Shown piece by piece: positions 55,397 through 64,000 of a stretch of DNA of 64,000 nucleotides. Numbering within the stretch: the stretch's first letter is position 1; each line of letters opens with the position of its first letter. This DNA comes from Gammaproteobacteria bacterium. GTDB lineage: Bacteria; Pseudomonadota; Gammaproteobacteria; Steroidobacterales; Rariloculaceae. The notes beneath the pieces were generated by a model. The model was given only the letters and a program-made list of their open reading frames with translations, was not told the origin of the DNA and did no database searches. The position numbers and the translations under genes were made by a program. The stretch spans positions 4,922,205-4,986,204 of the forward strand of contig OY761822.1 of NCBI GenBank assembly GCA_963664945.1, read 5' to 3'.

Positions 55397-57622
55397 TCAG
55401 AATCGAATCGTGTAATTCAGCTTCGCCGTCAGGTCGGCGTTCATCGAGCGATACGTGCCGTCCTCGTCATGGTCCACGAGGTTGTGATTCAGCACCAGGT
55501 AGACTTCCCTGCCGGCCTGCGGAATCCAGTGCAGGCGTGAATTGATCCCGAATTCGTAGGAGTCGTTGTCCCACTGCACGAGATTGACCCAGGACAGTCT
55601 CGAGGAGAGAACGACATCCGTACGCAACCGGGTGAGCCGGGATATGAACGAGCCCTGCGGCAACTCGATGTCGTCGACCTGATATTGAAGGTCGAGGGCG
55701 AAGTGCGACGAGGGGCGCCATGTGATTCCCGGCCGCAACGTGACTTTCCGGCCGTCGTAGAAATCTCCCGACTCGTACGCCATGCGCGCGGCAACCTTGC
55801 GCTGATCGGCGCTCGCCGCGTCGACGCGGCACCCGGCAAAAGCATACAGGCCCGTCGCGATCACTACATTGTCGGCGGGATTCCGCGCCCGGCGGATGGT
55901 GAACGGGCGGACCAGGCCTTCCGTGTCCCGGGAACAACTGGCGAAAACCCGGTCGCCGGCGTGGGAGAAGAATCCGGTGCGAAAACCGGCTGACTCGCTC
56001 TGCAGACTCCCGTCGGCCAGGCGCTCGCTGCGCTGGAACTGCGGCCCGCCGAACAGCGCCCGATAGAACGCGCCCCGGGGCCGATGGGAGTAACCGATGC
56101 TTCCCGAATACTGGCGTATGCCGACGCGGTTGGCGAAGCCCAGGGCGGGATTGAAATGTTCGCCCAACTGCGTGTAGCTCAGATTGCCGTTCCACTTGTC
56201 GATACTGCGAATTCGGAATCCGCCCCCGAACGCGGTGTCGTCGCCATCCAGTCCGGGGGTCGAGGATTTCTGGAGCCAGGCATCGGCTTCCGCGGTGCGC
56301 CTGCCCGGCAGGCGTGTGTTCAGATAGCGAAAGTCCGTCCCCACGACCGTGTTGTCCAGATTGGAGTGCGGGTCTCCGTCGGTCACGATCACACCGACGT
56401 TCGATTCCTCCAGAACATTGGCGACGGCCCGGCCCACGAACAGGTTCGTTGCCTCGACATCTTCGAAGGCCGCTTGGCGAATATCGATGACCCCGAGGTT
56501 CCAGCGGCCCAGCCGGCCGGTCAGCTTCGCCCCTGCCTCGATATCCACGGGTTGCCGGGACTCGCTCAGGCCGATGGAGCGCGAGAAGAACGGGCGGCCG
56601 TTCTGACCGGCCGCGCCGCCATCGCCCCCGCCCCCCCGTCCCGCAAGGCGCGCGAACTCGAAGATGTCCGCATCCTGCAGGAAGAAGTCGCGTTTTTCCG
56701 GAAACAGCAGGCTGAACCGGGTGAGATTGACCTGGCGGTCGTCCACCTCGGTCGCGGAGAAATCCGTGTTCAGCGTCAGCACGCCCGTCAGCGCCGGAGT
56801 GAACTTGTAGAACACATCCACGGAAGGCTCGGTCGCGGATTCGGAGCCCGTCGGAATGAAAGACCGGGACTCCCGGCTGCTCAGGGATGGAACGACGTCC
56901 AGGCCGATCCCCTGCTCCAGTCCATCCAGGCCCACCAGCGTGCCGGCGATGCTCGGATTCTGCTGGCGGGTCCGGGACATCCAGCCGGAGGTCTCGTTCG
57001 TGCGGGCAACCCCTCGGGTGAAATTGATCCCCCAACTGTCGCTGCCCGGATCGAAGGACAGGGTCTTGAACGGTATGGCCATCTCCGCGGTCCACCCTTC
57101 CTCGTGCACGGTGGCCTGCGCGCGCCAGATGCCCACCCAATCGAAATTCGTCTGGGTGGTGTTGCGGTAGATGGCCTCGGAGCGCACCCCATTGGGGTTC
57201 AACTGAAACAGGTAGCCGTTGCGGCGATCGAGGAACGGGTCGAGGATGACACCGAAGTAATCGTCGTCTTCGATTTGTTCGCCCTGGCGAAGAATCTGGG
57301 CCGTGATTTCATCGGGCTGGCTGTCCAGCAGACGCGCACCGATGTAGAGGTGGGTATCGTCGTAGAGCAGGACGACCAGCGTCGTCTCGTTCGGTTCGTC
57401 GTATTCGTTGGGGTTGATCTGGTGAAAGTCGTCGATGGGCGTTGCGAGACTCCAGATCGCCTCGTCCAGCACGCCGTCGATGACGGGCGCCGAATCGACG
57501 CGCACGATACGCATGGTTTTTTGCCCGGACACATTGCCGGACTGCGGCTGCGCTGTCGCGGCCGCGTTCAGGGCCGCCACGCACATGGCCGTGACCAATA
57601 CCTGGATTGTGCTGCGATGCAT
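55397..57622 (-). CDS. CBM9-like plus DUF5916 outer-membrane protein
   Basis: Signal peptide; PVIDGVLDE, WTAEMAIPFKTL, NTDFS..EVD, FPEKRDFF, C-terminal YTIRF. Confidence 0.85.
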   Translation of the reverse strand: MHRSTIQVLVTAMCVAALNAAATAQPQSGNVSGQKTMRIVRVDSAPVIDGVLDEAIWSLATPIDDFHQINPNEYDEPNETTLVVLLYDDTHLYIGARLLDSQPDEITAQILRQGEQIEDDDYFGVILDPFLDRRNGYLFQLNPNGVRSEAIYRNTTQTNFDWVGIWRAQATVHEEGWTAEMAIPFKTLSFDPGSDSWGINFTRGVARTNETSGWMSRTRQQNPSIAGTLVGLDGLEQGIGLDVVPSLSSRESRSFIPTGSESATEPSVDVFYKFTPALTGVLTLNTDFSATEVDDRQVNLTRFSLLFPEKRDFFLQDADIFEFARLAGRGGGGDGGAAGQNGRPFFSRSIGLSESRQPVDIEAGAKLTGRLGRWNLGVIDIRQAAFEDVEATNLFVGRAVANVLEESNVGVIVTDGDPHSNLDNTVVGTDFRYLNTRLPGRRTAEADAWLQKSSTPGLDGDDTAFGGGFRIRSIDKWNGNLSYTQLGEHFNPALGFANRVGIRQYSGSIGYSHRPRGAFYRALFGGPQFQRSERLADGSLQSESAGFRTGFFSHAGDRVFASCSRDTEGLVRPFTIRRARNPADNVVIATGLYAFAGCRVDAASADQRKVAARMAYESGDFYDGRKVTLRPGITWRPSSHFALDLQYQVDDIELPQGSFISRLTRLRTDVVLSSRLSWVNLVQWDNDSYEFGINSRLHWIPQAGREVYLVLNHNLVDHDEDGTYRSMNADLTAKLNYTIRF

Positions 57623-57894
57623 CAATGGACAACCCGCCGGCGCCGATCGCCGAGTCATTGAATTATCGCACCGGTTGACGCGTCCACAGGCAGCATCGAC
57701 CGCGACTGGATGAATCTTTTCATTACGTTTCGTTAACGCCGGTACCGCAGCCCGCGGCAAGAGTCCCGCCGCATTGGGCGGAGGATCGCCCCGCCGAAGT
57801 CGGCCGATCGACCGGCGATGCATCCCGGCTGAATAGTGTCGAGTCAAGCCTGTTCTGTCGCATCGGCGATAGCCACGCAGTTCGTGGCAAGGCG

Positions 57895-57931
57895 CGTCCC
57901 TTGGCAATATCGGGAACATTGCCAAGGGACG
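57895..57931. repeat. perfect 14-bp inverted repeat with a 9-nt spacer
   Basis: CGTCCCTTGGCAAT-ATCGGGAAC-ATTGCCAAGGGACG in a divergent intergenic region. Confidence 0.8.
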
Positions 57932-58050
57932 GAACCCGACGGTATCGCCTTATTTCGAGCCGTCATTACAAGGGAACGAAACATTATTTTGCGCCGTGCA
58001 GCGCAGTGTTTAGGCTTGTGGATCACTCTACGATGAATTCGGAGTCAGCC

Positions 58051-58542
58051 ATGTCAGCCACCGACGACTTTCTAGCCAACAACGCCCGGTATGCCGCCAG
58101 TTTCGACAAGGGCGACGTGCCGCTGCCGCCTGCGAAACAGACCGCCATCGTCGCCTGCATGGACGCCCGCATCGAAACCGGAGGCCTTCTCGGGCTGGAG
58201 GAAGGCGACGCCCACGTCATCCGCAATGCCGGCGGCGTCGTCACCGACGACGTGCTGCGCTCGCTGACCATTTCCCAACGCCTGCTGGGGACTCGCGAGA
58301 TCATCCTCATCCACCACACCGACTGCGGCATGGTGACCTTCTCCGACGATGCCGTGAAGGCCCAGATCGCAGCCGATACGGGCCTGCGCCCGTCGTTCGC
58401 CATGGAGGCGTTTCCCGATGTCGAGGAAGACGTGCGCCAGTCCGTTCGGCGCATCGAAGCCTGCCCGTTCATTCCGGTGAAGGATTCGATCCGCGGCTTT
58501 GTCTACGACGTGGCGACGGGACAACTGAACGAAGTGTCCTGA
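58051..58542 (+). CDS. beta-class carbonic anhydrase (small clade-D type)
   Basis: CMDAR, RNAGG, HHTDCG, GFVYDV. Confidence 0.92.
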   Translation: MSATDDFLANNARYAASFDKGDVPLPPAKQTAIVACMDARIETGGLLGLEEGDAHVIRNAGGVVTDDVLRSLTISQRLLGTREIILIHHTDCGMVTFSDDAVKAQIAADTGLRPSFAMEAFPDVEEDVRQSVRRIEACPFIPVKDSIRGFVYDVATGQLNEVS

Positions 58543-58680
58543 GGGCGCGGCGAAAGCCCGCAGCGATGTCCCGCGGGTGCCGGATCCGGCGAGCCCGGAG
58601 TCTGGACGACGCCCGTTGCCGGTGACAATTCTTCACGGAGCGACGCAAGTCGGCCGCCTACAATCGCAGAGTCGTCCAGT

Positions 58681-59940
58681 GTGAAAGCGAGGCCAACACC
58701 AATGGGTACTCCGGAGCGACTCAATCTGCGGACAACGATTCCCGCCGCCGTTCCCTGCCGAATCAACCAGGCAGTCGAATTTCGGCGGCGGATCGCCGGA
58801 GCCCTCCTGTGCCTGGTCTTACTGGGAAGCGCGTCTGCCCAGGAATCCCTGACCCTCAGGGAGATGGGCATGTTCTTCGTGGGGGGTGAAGTCCGGGAAA
58901 CGGCAGGTTTCGAGCAACATGTGGACCAGGCGCTGGTGCACTATCTCGTCCCCGACCCGGACCGGCCGAAGGCGCCCGTGGTGATGTATCCGGGCCTCGG
59001 TCTGTCGTCCTATATCTATCTCTCCACGCCGGACGGGCGCGAGGGCTGGGCGCAGCAATTCGCGCGTCGCGGCTTCAGCGCCTATGTCTACGATCCGGTC
59101 AACACCGGGCCATCGGGCTTTGCCGTGGGACCGTTTCGAAGCGCCGATGAACCGGCCCCGGGAGTCGCGACCTGGAACATAGGCCAGGTGTGGCGGCGCT
59201 GGGGTTTTGGCGACGCGCCCGGTGAACCCTATGAAGACGGCCGTTTCCCGGTCGAACACATCGACCAGTTCTATGCCTCGTGGCCGCCTCGGGTGGGCGG
59301 CGCCGGCGGCGGCGGTGGAATGCGAGCGGGTGGTGGCGCGGCTGCCGCCGCAGCGACGGGCGGCGGCGGGGCGGGGGGCGGCAGGGCGGCGGGCGCCATG
59401 GGTGCCGGAGCCGGCAATCGGGGCGGAGGCGCAGCGGGCGCCGGGGCTGAAGGAGCCGGTGGCGCGATGGGAGCCGGCGCAACAACGGGCGGCGGACTGC
59501 CGCCTCCACAGGGCGACAATCCCAATGTGCTGGCGCTGGAAGCTCTCCTGGAACGCATTGGGCCGGCCGTGCTCATGCCCCACTCCGCGGGCGGCCCGAT
59601 CATCTTCAACACCGCGCGCAAGCGCCCCGAACTGGTCACCGCCATCGTCGTGCTCGAGCCCACCGGGTGTCCGACCGCGGCGGAGGCTGTCGAGCCGATC
59701 GCCCACATCCCCTTCCTGGCGGTTTACGGGGACTATATCGAGTCGCGCAATCAGACCGGACGGCTTGAATCCTGTCGGGCCACCGCAGCGCTGGTACGGG
59801 AGATGGGCGGCCTCGGAGAGATGCTTGAGTTGACCGAGGAAGGCATCCGCGGCAACTCGCACATGCTCATGCAGGACGACAACAGCGCCGACATCGCATC
59901 TCGCGTCATGGACTGGCTGGAGCGCGTGGCGTCTCAGTGA
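58681..59940 (+). CDS. secreted alpha/beta hydrolase with a Gly/Ala-rich insertion
   Basis: TPDGREGW, HSAGG nucleophile elbow, LEP, GNSHMLMQD. Start uncertain. Confidence 0.75.
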   Translation: MKARPTPMGTPERLNLRTTIPAAVPCRINQAVEFRRRIAGALLCLVLLGSASAQESLTLREMGMFFVGGEVRETAGFEQHVDQALVHYLVPDPDRPKAPVVMYPGLGLSSYIYLSTPDGREGWAQQFARRGFSAYVYDPVNTGPSGFAVGPFRSADEPAPGVATWNIGQVWRRWGFGDAPGEPYEDGRFPVEHIDQFYASWPPRVGGAGGGGGMRAGGGAAAAAATGGGGAGGGRAAGAMGAGAGNRGGGAAGAGAEGAGGAMGAGATTGGGLPPPQGDNPNVLALEALLERIGPAVLMPHSAGGPIIFNTARKRPELVTAIVVLEPTGCPTAAEAVEPIAHIPFLAVYGDYIESRNQTGRLESCRATAALVREMGGLGEMLELTEEGIRGNSHMLMQDDNSADIASRVMDWLERVASQ

Positions 59941-61289
59941 CGAGCGCCACTGTCGCCTGGCGGACCGGACGCGGTTGAAACCAACGGCAATTCCAATTCG
60001 ACACTTAGCCCGCCGCCGGGGCTGTTGCGGGCGCTCACGCGACCGTTCAAGTGGGAAACAACCCGCTGCGTGATGGCCAGTCCCACGCCTGTTCCCCGGC
60101 CCCGGCGACCGTGCTGAAAGGGTTCGAATATCTTCTGCAGATCCTGGCTGGCCACGCCCGGTCCATCGTCCCTGACCTGAAGGTGCGCGATGCCGTTGCT
60201 CGCTTCCAGGCTGATCTCGACCCTGGTGCCTTCAGGCGTATGGCGCAGGGCGTTGCGCACCACGTTCTCCACAGCGCTGTGAAGTAGGTCGGGGTTGGCG
60301 CGAACCATAGAGCTCCTGGCGCCCGCCTCCCATACCACCGACTTGCCCTTGGCGCTCGCCTCGTAGGATGCATCCTGTGCAACGCCTTCGACGACTTCCA
60401 CCAGGTCGATTTCCTGCAATTCGGTTTCCGGCGGGGACTCATCGAGGTGCGCAAGGCTCAGCGCGTGGCGGGTCAGCAATTCCAGGTGATCCGACTCCTG
60501 CTCGATGCGCCCGAGCTGGTCGTCCAGTTCTTCGGGCTTGCGCCGGGCCAGCTCGATCGCGATCCGAATCCGCGCCAACGGGCTGCGCAACTCATGGGAG
60601 ATGTTGCGGAACAGTTCCGTACGCGTGGTGATCAGATGTTCAAGCCGCTCTGCCATGCGGTCGAATTGTCGACCGAGCTCGCCCACTTCATCGTCGCGTC
60701 CGCGAGCCCCGACCTCCACGCGCGTGGTCAGATCGCCGGCGGCGAGCTTGCGTGTGGCCGCCACGACCCGACGCAACGGATTGGTGAGGGATCGGCTCAG
60801 GACAAAACAGACCAGCGGACTGATGACGAACGCGGCGACGATTACCGTCCAGCGCATCAACGGCGTACCAAGAGCACCCAGGATGAGAGGCACATTCGGT
60901 CCCAGCACGGCCAGGTACTCAACGCCGTCGGCGGAAACCAGTTGTCGCGGCCGATAGCGGGGAAGGCGAGCCTGCGGATCCGCGCTCGTGAGCGTCGTCT
61001 CCACCGGTGGAGGGATATCGCGCCGCAGAATTTCCTCGCCCGCCGGATCGAACACGAACAGCGTCAGGTCCGGCGGAAAGTTGGAAGGATTGCGCAACCA
61101 CCCGCGAAGGCGATCCTCACCGCCGTCCTTGAGCACCACGTCGGCGCGCCCGATCAACTCGTCATAACTCAGTTGACCCTGTTCATTCCAGGCGTTGACC
61201 ACGGTGTAGGTGCTGTAGGCCATCACCGCCAGCAGCAGGAGCATGGCGGCCCAGAACGAAAAGAAGATTCGCCAGAACAATCCAATCAC
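59934..61289 (-). CDS. sensor histidine kinase (CpxA-like)
   Basis: Two TMs, HAMP, SHELRSPLARI, ENVVRNA, DDGPG, GTGVGL; GTGA overlap with the response regulator. Confidence 0.92.
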   Translation of the reverse strand: MIGLFWRIFFSFWAAMLLLLAVMAYSTYTVVNAWNEQGQLSYDELIGRADVVLKDGGEDRLRGWLRNPSNFPPDLTLFVFDPAGEEILRRDIPPPVETTLTSADPQARLPRYRPRQLVSADGVEYLAVLGPNVPLILGALGTPLMRWTVIVAAFVISPLVCFVLSRSLTNPLRRVVAATRKLAAGDLTTRVEVGARGRDDEVGELGRQFDRMAERLEHLITTRTELFRNISHELRSPLARIRIAIELARRKPEELDDQLGRIEQESDHLELLTRHALSLAHLDESPPETELQEIDLVEVVEGVAQDASYEASAKGKSVVWEAGARSSMVRANPDLLHSAVENVVRNALRHTPEGTRVEISLEASNGIAHLQVRDDGPGVASQDLQKIFEPFQHGRRGRGTGVGLAITQRVVSHLNGRVSARNSPGGGLSVELELPLVSTASGPPGDSGARH

Positions 61290-62008
61290 GGTGAAGCGGG
61301 CTCCCAATCCGACAACAAGAGATAACCTGCGCCGCGGACGTTGCGGATGGGCGAGTCGCCACCGGAATCCTTGCCGATCTTGGTGCGCAGATGGGAAATA
61401 TGGGTATCGATGGCCCGTTCGTAGGGCATTCGGCCACGCCCAAGCGCGAAGCGAGTGAGTTCGTCCTTGGAAACAACCCGATCGGGGGTGCACATGAGGG
61501 CTTCGAGTGCGCGGGCTTCGGCGCTGGTGAGTTTCGCCGACCGTTCGCCGACGTGTGCCAGGCACTTGATCCGTTCCAGCACCAGCGGTCCCACCTCAGT
61601 GGTCGCCGTCGCCGCCAGCGGCGCGGTTCGTTTCATGATCGCCTGCACCCGCAGCAGCAATTCCCGCGGGTTGAAGGGCTTGGGCAGGTAGTCGTCGGCG
61701 CCCAGTTCGAATCCCGTGATCCGGTCGCGGTCGTCTCCCCGCGCCGTGAGTATCAGCACGGGAACATCCGACTCCATTCGCAGATGGCGCAGCACCTGAA
61801 ACCCGTCCATCTCGGGCATGGTCACATCCAGGATGACGAGCTGCGGAAGCGAGTTCCTGAGCGCCCGCAGGCCTTCTTCGCCACTCTGGAACGTCGCCGT
61901 GACATATCCGTCGGTACGCAACAGCTCGCTGAGCATGTAGCACAGCTCCGGATCGTCATCGACGATGACAACCTGGCAGTCGGCCATGACTCGAGTCTGG
62001 GTGCTCAA
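61286..62008 (-). CDS. OmpR/CpxR-family response regulator
   Basis: VDDD, LDVTMP, GADDYLPKPF, RAIDTHISHLR, VRGAGY. Confidence 0.94.
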   Translation of the reverse strand: MSTQTRVMADCQVVIVDDDPELCYMLSELLRTDGYVTATFQSGEEGLRALRNSLPQLVILDVTMPEMDGFQVLRHLRMESDVPVLILTARGDDRDRITGFELGADDYLPKPFNPRELLLRVQAIMKRTAPLAATATTEVGPLVLERIKCLAHVGERSAKLTSAEARALEALMCTPDRVVSKDELTRFALGRGRMPYERAIDTHISHLRTKIGKDSGGDSPIRNVRGAGYLLLSDWEPASP

Positions 62009-62045
62009 GACCCCTCCCGCGAATTCCCCCTGCGGCGGCGCCAGT

Positions 62046-62414
62046 TCAAAGTTCTTCCTGAAGCATCAACGTGTTTCCGTCAGGATCCTGCAAGGTCAAC
62101 AGCTTCGCGTGCCCGTCGACGGTGACGACTTCACTGGTGGCGATGTGTCCAACCGCCAGCTCGGCAGCCGCAGCTTCGATGCTTCCCACGCTGAATATCG
62201 GCGTGGTATCGCCGGGGTCGCCTCCATCCACCTGCGCCAGACCGATGCGCACATCCGCCGTTGAAGTGGCCAGTTCGCACCACGCGGGTTCCTGCAACGT
62301 ACGCGCGACCTCGAATCCAAACGTCTTCCGGTACCAGGCCACCGATTTCTTCAAGTCGCGTACCGGTATGGAGATGATCGCGCCTGGCTCTAGATCGACG
62401 ACTGGCATGCTCAC
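62046..62414 (-). CDS. VOC/glyoxalase family protein
   Basis: IPVRDLKKSVAWY...DPDGNTLML. Confidence 0.85.
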   Translation of the reverse strand: MSMPVVDLEPGAIISIPVRDLKKSVAWYRKTFGFEVARTLQEPAWCELATSTADVRIGLAQVDGGDPGDTTPIFSVGSIEAAAAELAVGHIATSEVVTVDGHAKLLTLQDPDGNTLMLQEEL

Positions 62415-62503
62415 GACCCCTCCCACCGTTCCCCCCGAATTCTACACCCGGCCCGGCGGATTGGCCCGCGTATCCCCACAATACCCGGGCCGTCGCCCGG
62501 CGC

Positions 62504-62535
62504 GCTTTTCAAATCTATAGCTTTTCAAATCTATA
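62504..62535. repeat. perfect 16-bp tandem repeat in a divergent promoter region
   Basis: GCTTTTCAAATCTATA twice (62504-19 and 62520-35). Confidence 0.85.
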
Positions 62536-62594
62536 CGTTTGTTCCACCGCGACCGCCGAATGAAGCCACTTGAAGCAGGTATTATCGGATCATC

Positions 62595-63656
62595 ATGCAG
62601 CGCGCCACGCTGATCCTGTTCGCCTGCCTTGCCGCAGCCCAGGTTCGGGCCCACCACGGCCCGGTGGGCGCGCCCGCCTTTTACAACACCGACGAACTGG
62701 TCATCCTCGAGGGCGAACTCACCGAGATCTTCTGGCGCAATCCGCATGTGCGCTTCGAACTCAAGGTGGTGGACGAGTCGGGGGACGAGGCGTTCTGGGA
62801 GTTGGAAACCGGTGTCCCAAGCCAGATGGAAAGCGGCGGATTCACGGTCGACCTGTTTCCCGTCGGCGCGCAGGTGAAGGCGGCAGGCTTCGTATCCAGG
62901 CACCGGGACGATTTCCTCGGACTGCGCAACATGCTGCTGCCCAACGGGCTGGAGTACGCCGGCGGCCGCGGCGAACTCATCTGGTCCGACCGGCGGCTGG
63001 AACCGGAAAACGCGCCCGATCGCGCGCGTCGAGCTTACGAACCCGAAACCGAGGCGGACGGCATTTTCGGCATCTGGGGCATGGGCCTGCGGCCCAGCCA
63101 GTGGATGGCCGAGCAGGACTACGACCACGTGCTCAGCGAGGCCGGGCGGGCGGCCAAGGGCGCCTTCCGGCCGATCGATCACCCGATCCTTGACTGCGTG
63201 CCCAGGGGCATGCCCGAGCGCATGCTGCCGGGCTCGATGGAATTCGTCGACGCAGGCAACCGCATCGTCATGCGCCACTTCTGGTGGGGCGGCGACCGGA
63301 TTATTCATCTCGACCGGGATGCGCCGCCCACAGGAACACCCCACAGTCACCTCGGTTATTCGGTGGGCCGCTGGGAAAGTAGCAACGTCCTGGTGGTCGA
63401 CACCACACTCGTCAACTACCCCTACTTCGACCGCGAGGGGACCCCTCAGAGCGACCAGGTGGAATTCGAGGAGCGTTTCACGGTGACGCTGGCCGAGGGC
63501 GAGGCGCCGGCCCGCCTCGATTATCGCCTGACCGCCACGGACCCGGTGATGTTCGATGAACCCCTGGTCATCGAGACGGCGTTCAACTGGGCCGCGCGCG
63601 GAACTATCGAAACCAGCAGTTGCGAGTTGTGGGAGCGCTCGGAGCAAGGAGACTGA
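62595..63656 (+). CDS. DUF6152-type secreted protein
   Basis: Signal ending in AHH; WRNPHV, W.LE, CVPRGMP, GYSVGRWE, LVVDT, ERFT, DP. Confidence 0.75.
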   Translation: MQRATLILFACLAAAQVRAHHGPVGAPAFYNTDELVILEGELTEIFWRNPHVRFELKVVDESGDEAFWELETGVPSQMESGGFTVDLFPVGAQVKAAGFVSRHRDDFLGLRNMLLPNGLEYAGGRGELIWSDRRLEPENAPDRARRAYEPETEADGIFGIWGMGLRPSQWMAEQDYDHVLSEAGRAAKGAFRPIDHPILDCVPRGMPERMLPGSMEFVDAGNRIVMRHFWWGGDRIIHLDRDAPPTGTPHSHLGYSVGRWESSNVLVVDTTLVNYPYFDREGTPQSDQVEFEERFTVTLAEGEAPARLDYRLTATDPVMFDEPLVIETAFNWAARGTIETSSCELWERSEQGD

Positions 63657-63661
63657 ATTAC

Positions 63662-64000
63662 ATGAACCGCAAAGTTGTCAGATCGGCGCTACTCGCCACC
63701 GCCAGCCTGGGCATGGCTTCCGGCGCGTTGGCCCAGATGGGCGGCGCGCCGGCCGGCATGTCGGCATCGGGCAAGAACCTCACCGGCCTGTGGGAGCGCT
63801 CCCGGGGATACAGCGCGGGCGTCCACCTGACCGAGGCCGGGCAGGCGAGAACCGAGGGGCTGACCGTCATGGACGACCCGGAGGTTTTCTGCGAGGGCTA
63901 CAACGTGCCGCGCACCTCGTTCGCCTCCAACACCGCCGTGCGCATGGCCGAGTTCCCCGACCGGCTGGAAATCTACTACGAGCACAACGCCGCCGAACGG
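63662..64000 (+). CDS. secreted protein related to the C-terminal domain of the upstream gene; runs off the window
   Basis: MNRKVVRSALLATASLGMASGALAQ...NLTGLW...LTEAG...DDPEVFC..PR. Confidence 0.65.
   Translation, partial: MNRKVVRSALLATASLGMASGALAQMGGAPAGMSASGKNLTGLWERSRGYSAGVHLTEAGQARTEGLTVMDDPEVFCEGYNVPRTSFASNTAVRMAEFPDRLEIYYEHNAAER

Overview
GC-rich bacterial chromosomal window, probably from a Gammaproteobacterium. A host-associated or sponge-type lifestyle is suggested by the NHL/TPR proteins, the dehalogenase and the many gene relics, but that is inference. In order: a decapitated defence operon (hsdS relic-vsr-dcm-GHKL ATPase); fabD-cysC-sat-FAH; a TPR protein; VOC plus a cytochrome c/beta-propeller lipoprotein; AI-2E and MacB transporters; M23 peptidase and TlpA; DUF2849-sulfite reductase-DUF934; a DARS-like DnaA-box/IHF/Fis element; a cytoplasmic B12-type reductive dehalogenase; an orphan AbiEi antitoxin; a 1741-aa exonuclease-RecQ-UvrD fusion; MITE and IS relics; and SNF2+SWIM. 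An ~18.5-kb cyclic-amide (hydantoinase/oxoprolinase) catabolic cluster follows, with a TonB receptor, one A and two B subunits, a racemase, two permeases, a cyclodeaminase and a MalT-family activator. Its likely palindromic operators are visible in the DNA, and a complete ISAs1 element sits inside it. The window ends with a vapBC relic, Lrp plus a heme-oxygenase-like protein, DUF5916, a beta-carbonic anhydrase, a Gly-rich hydrolase, a CpxRA-like pair and DUF6152 proteins. No rRNA, tRNA or CRISPR array was seen. All family calls come from motif recognition, not database searches.
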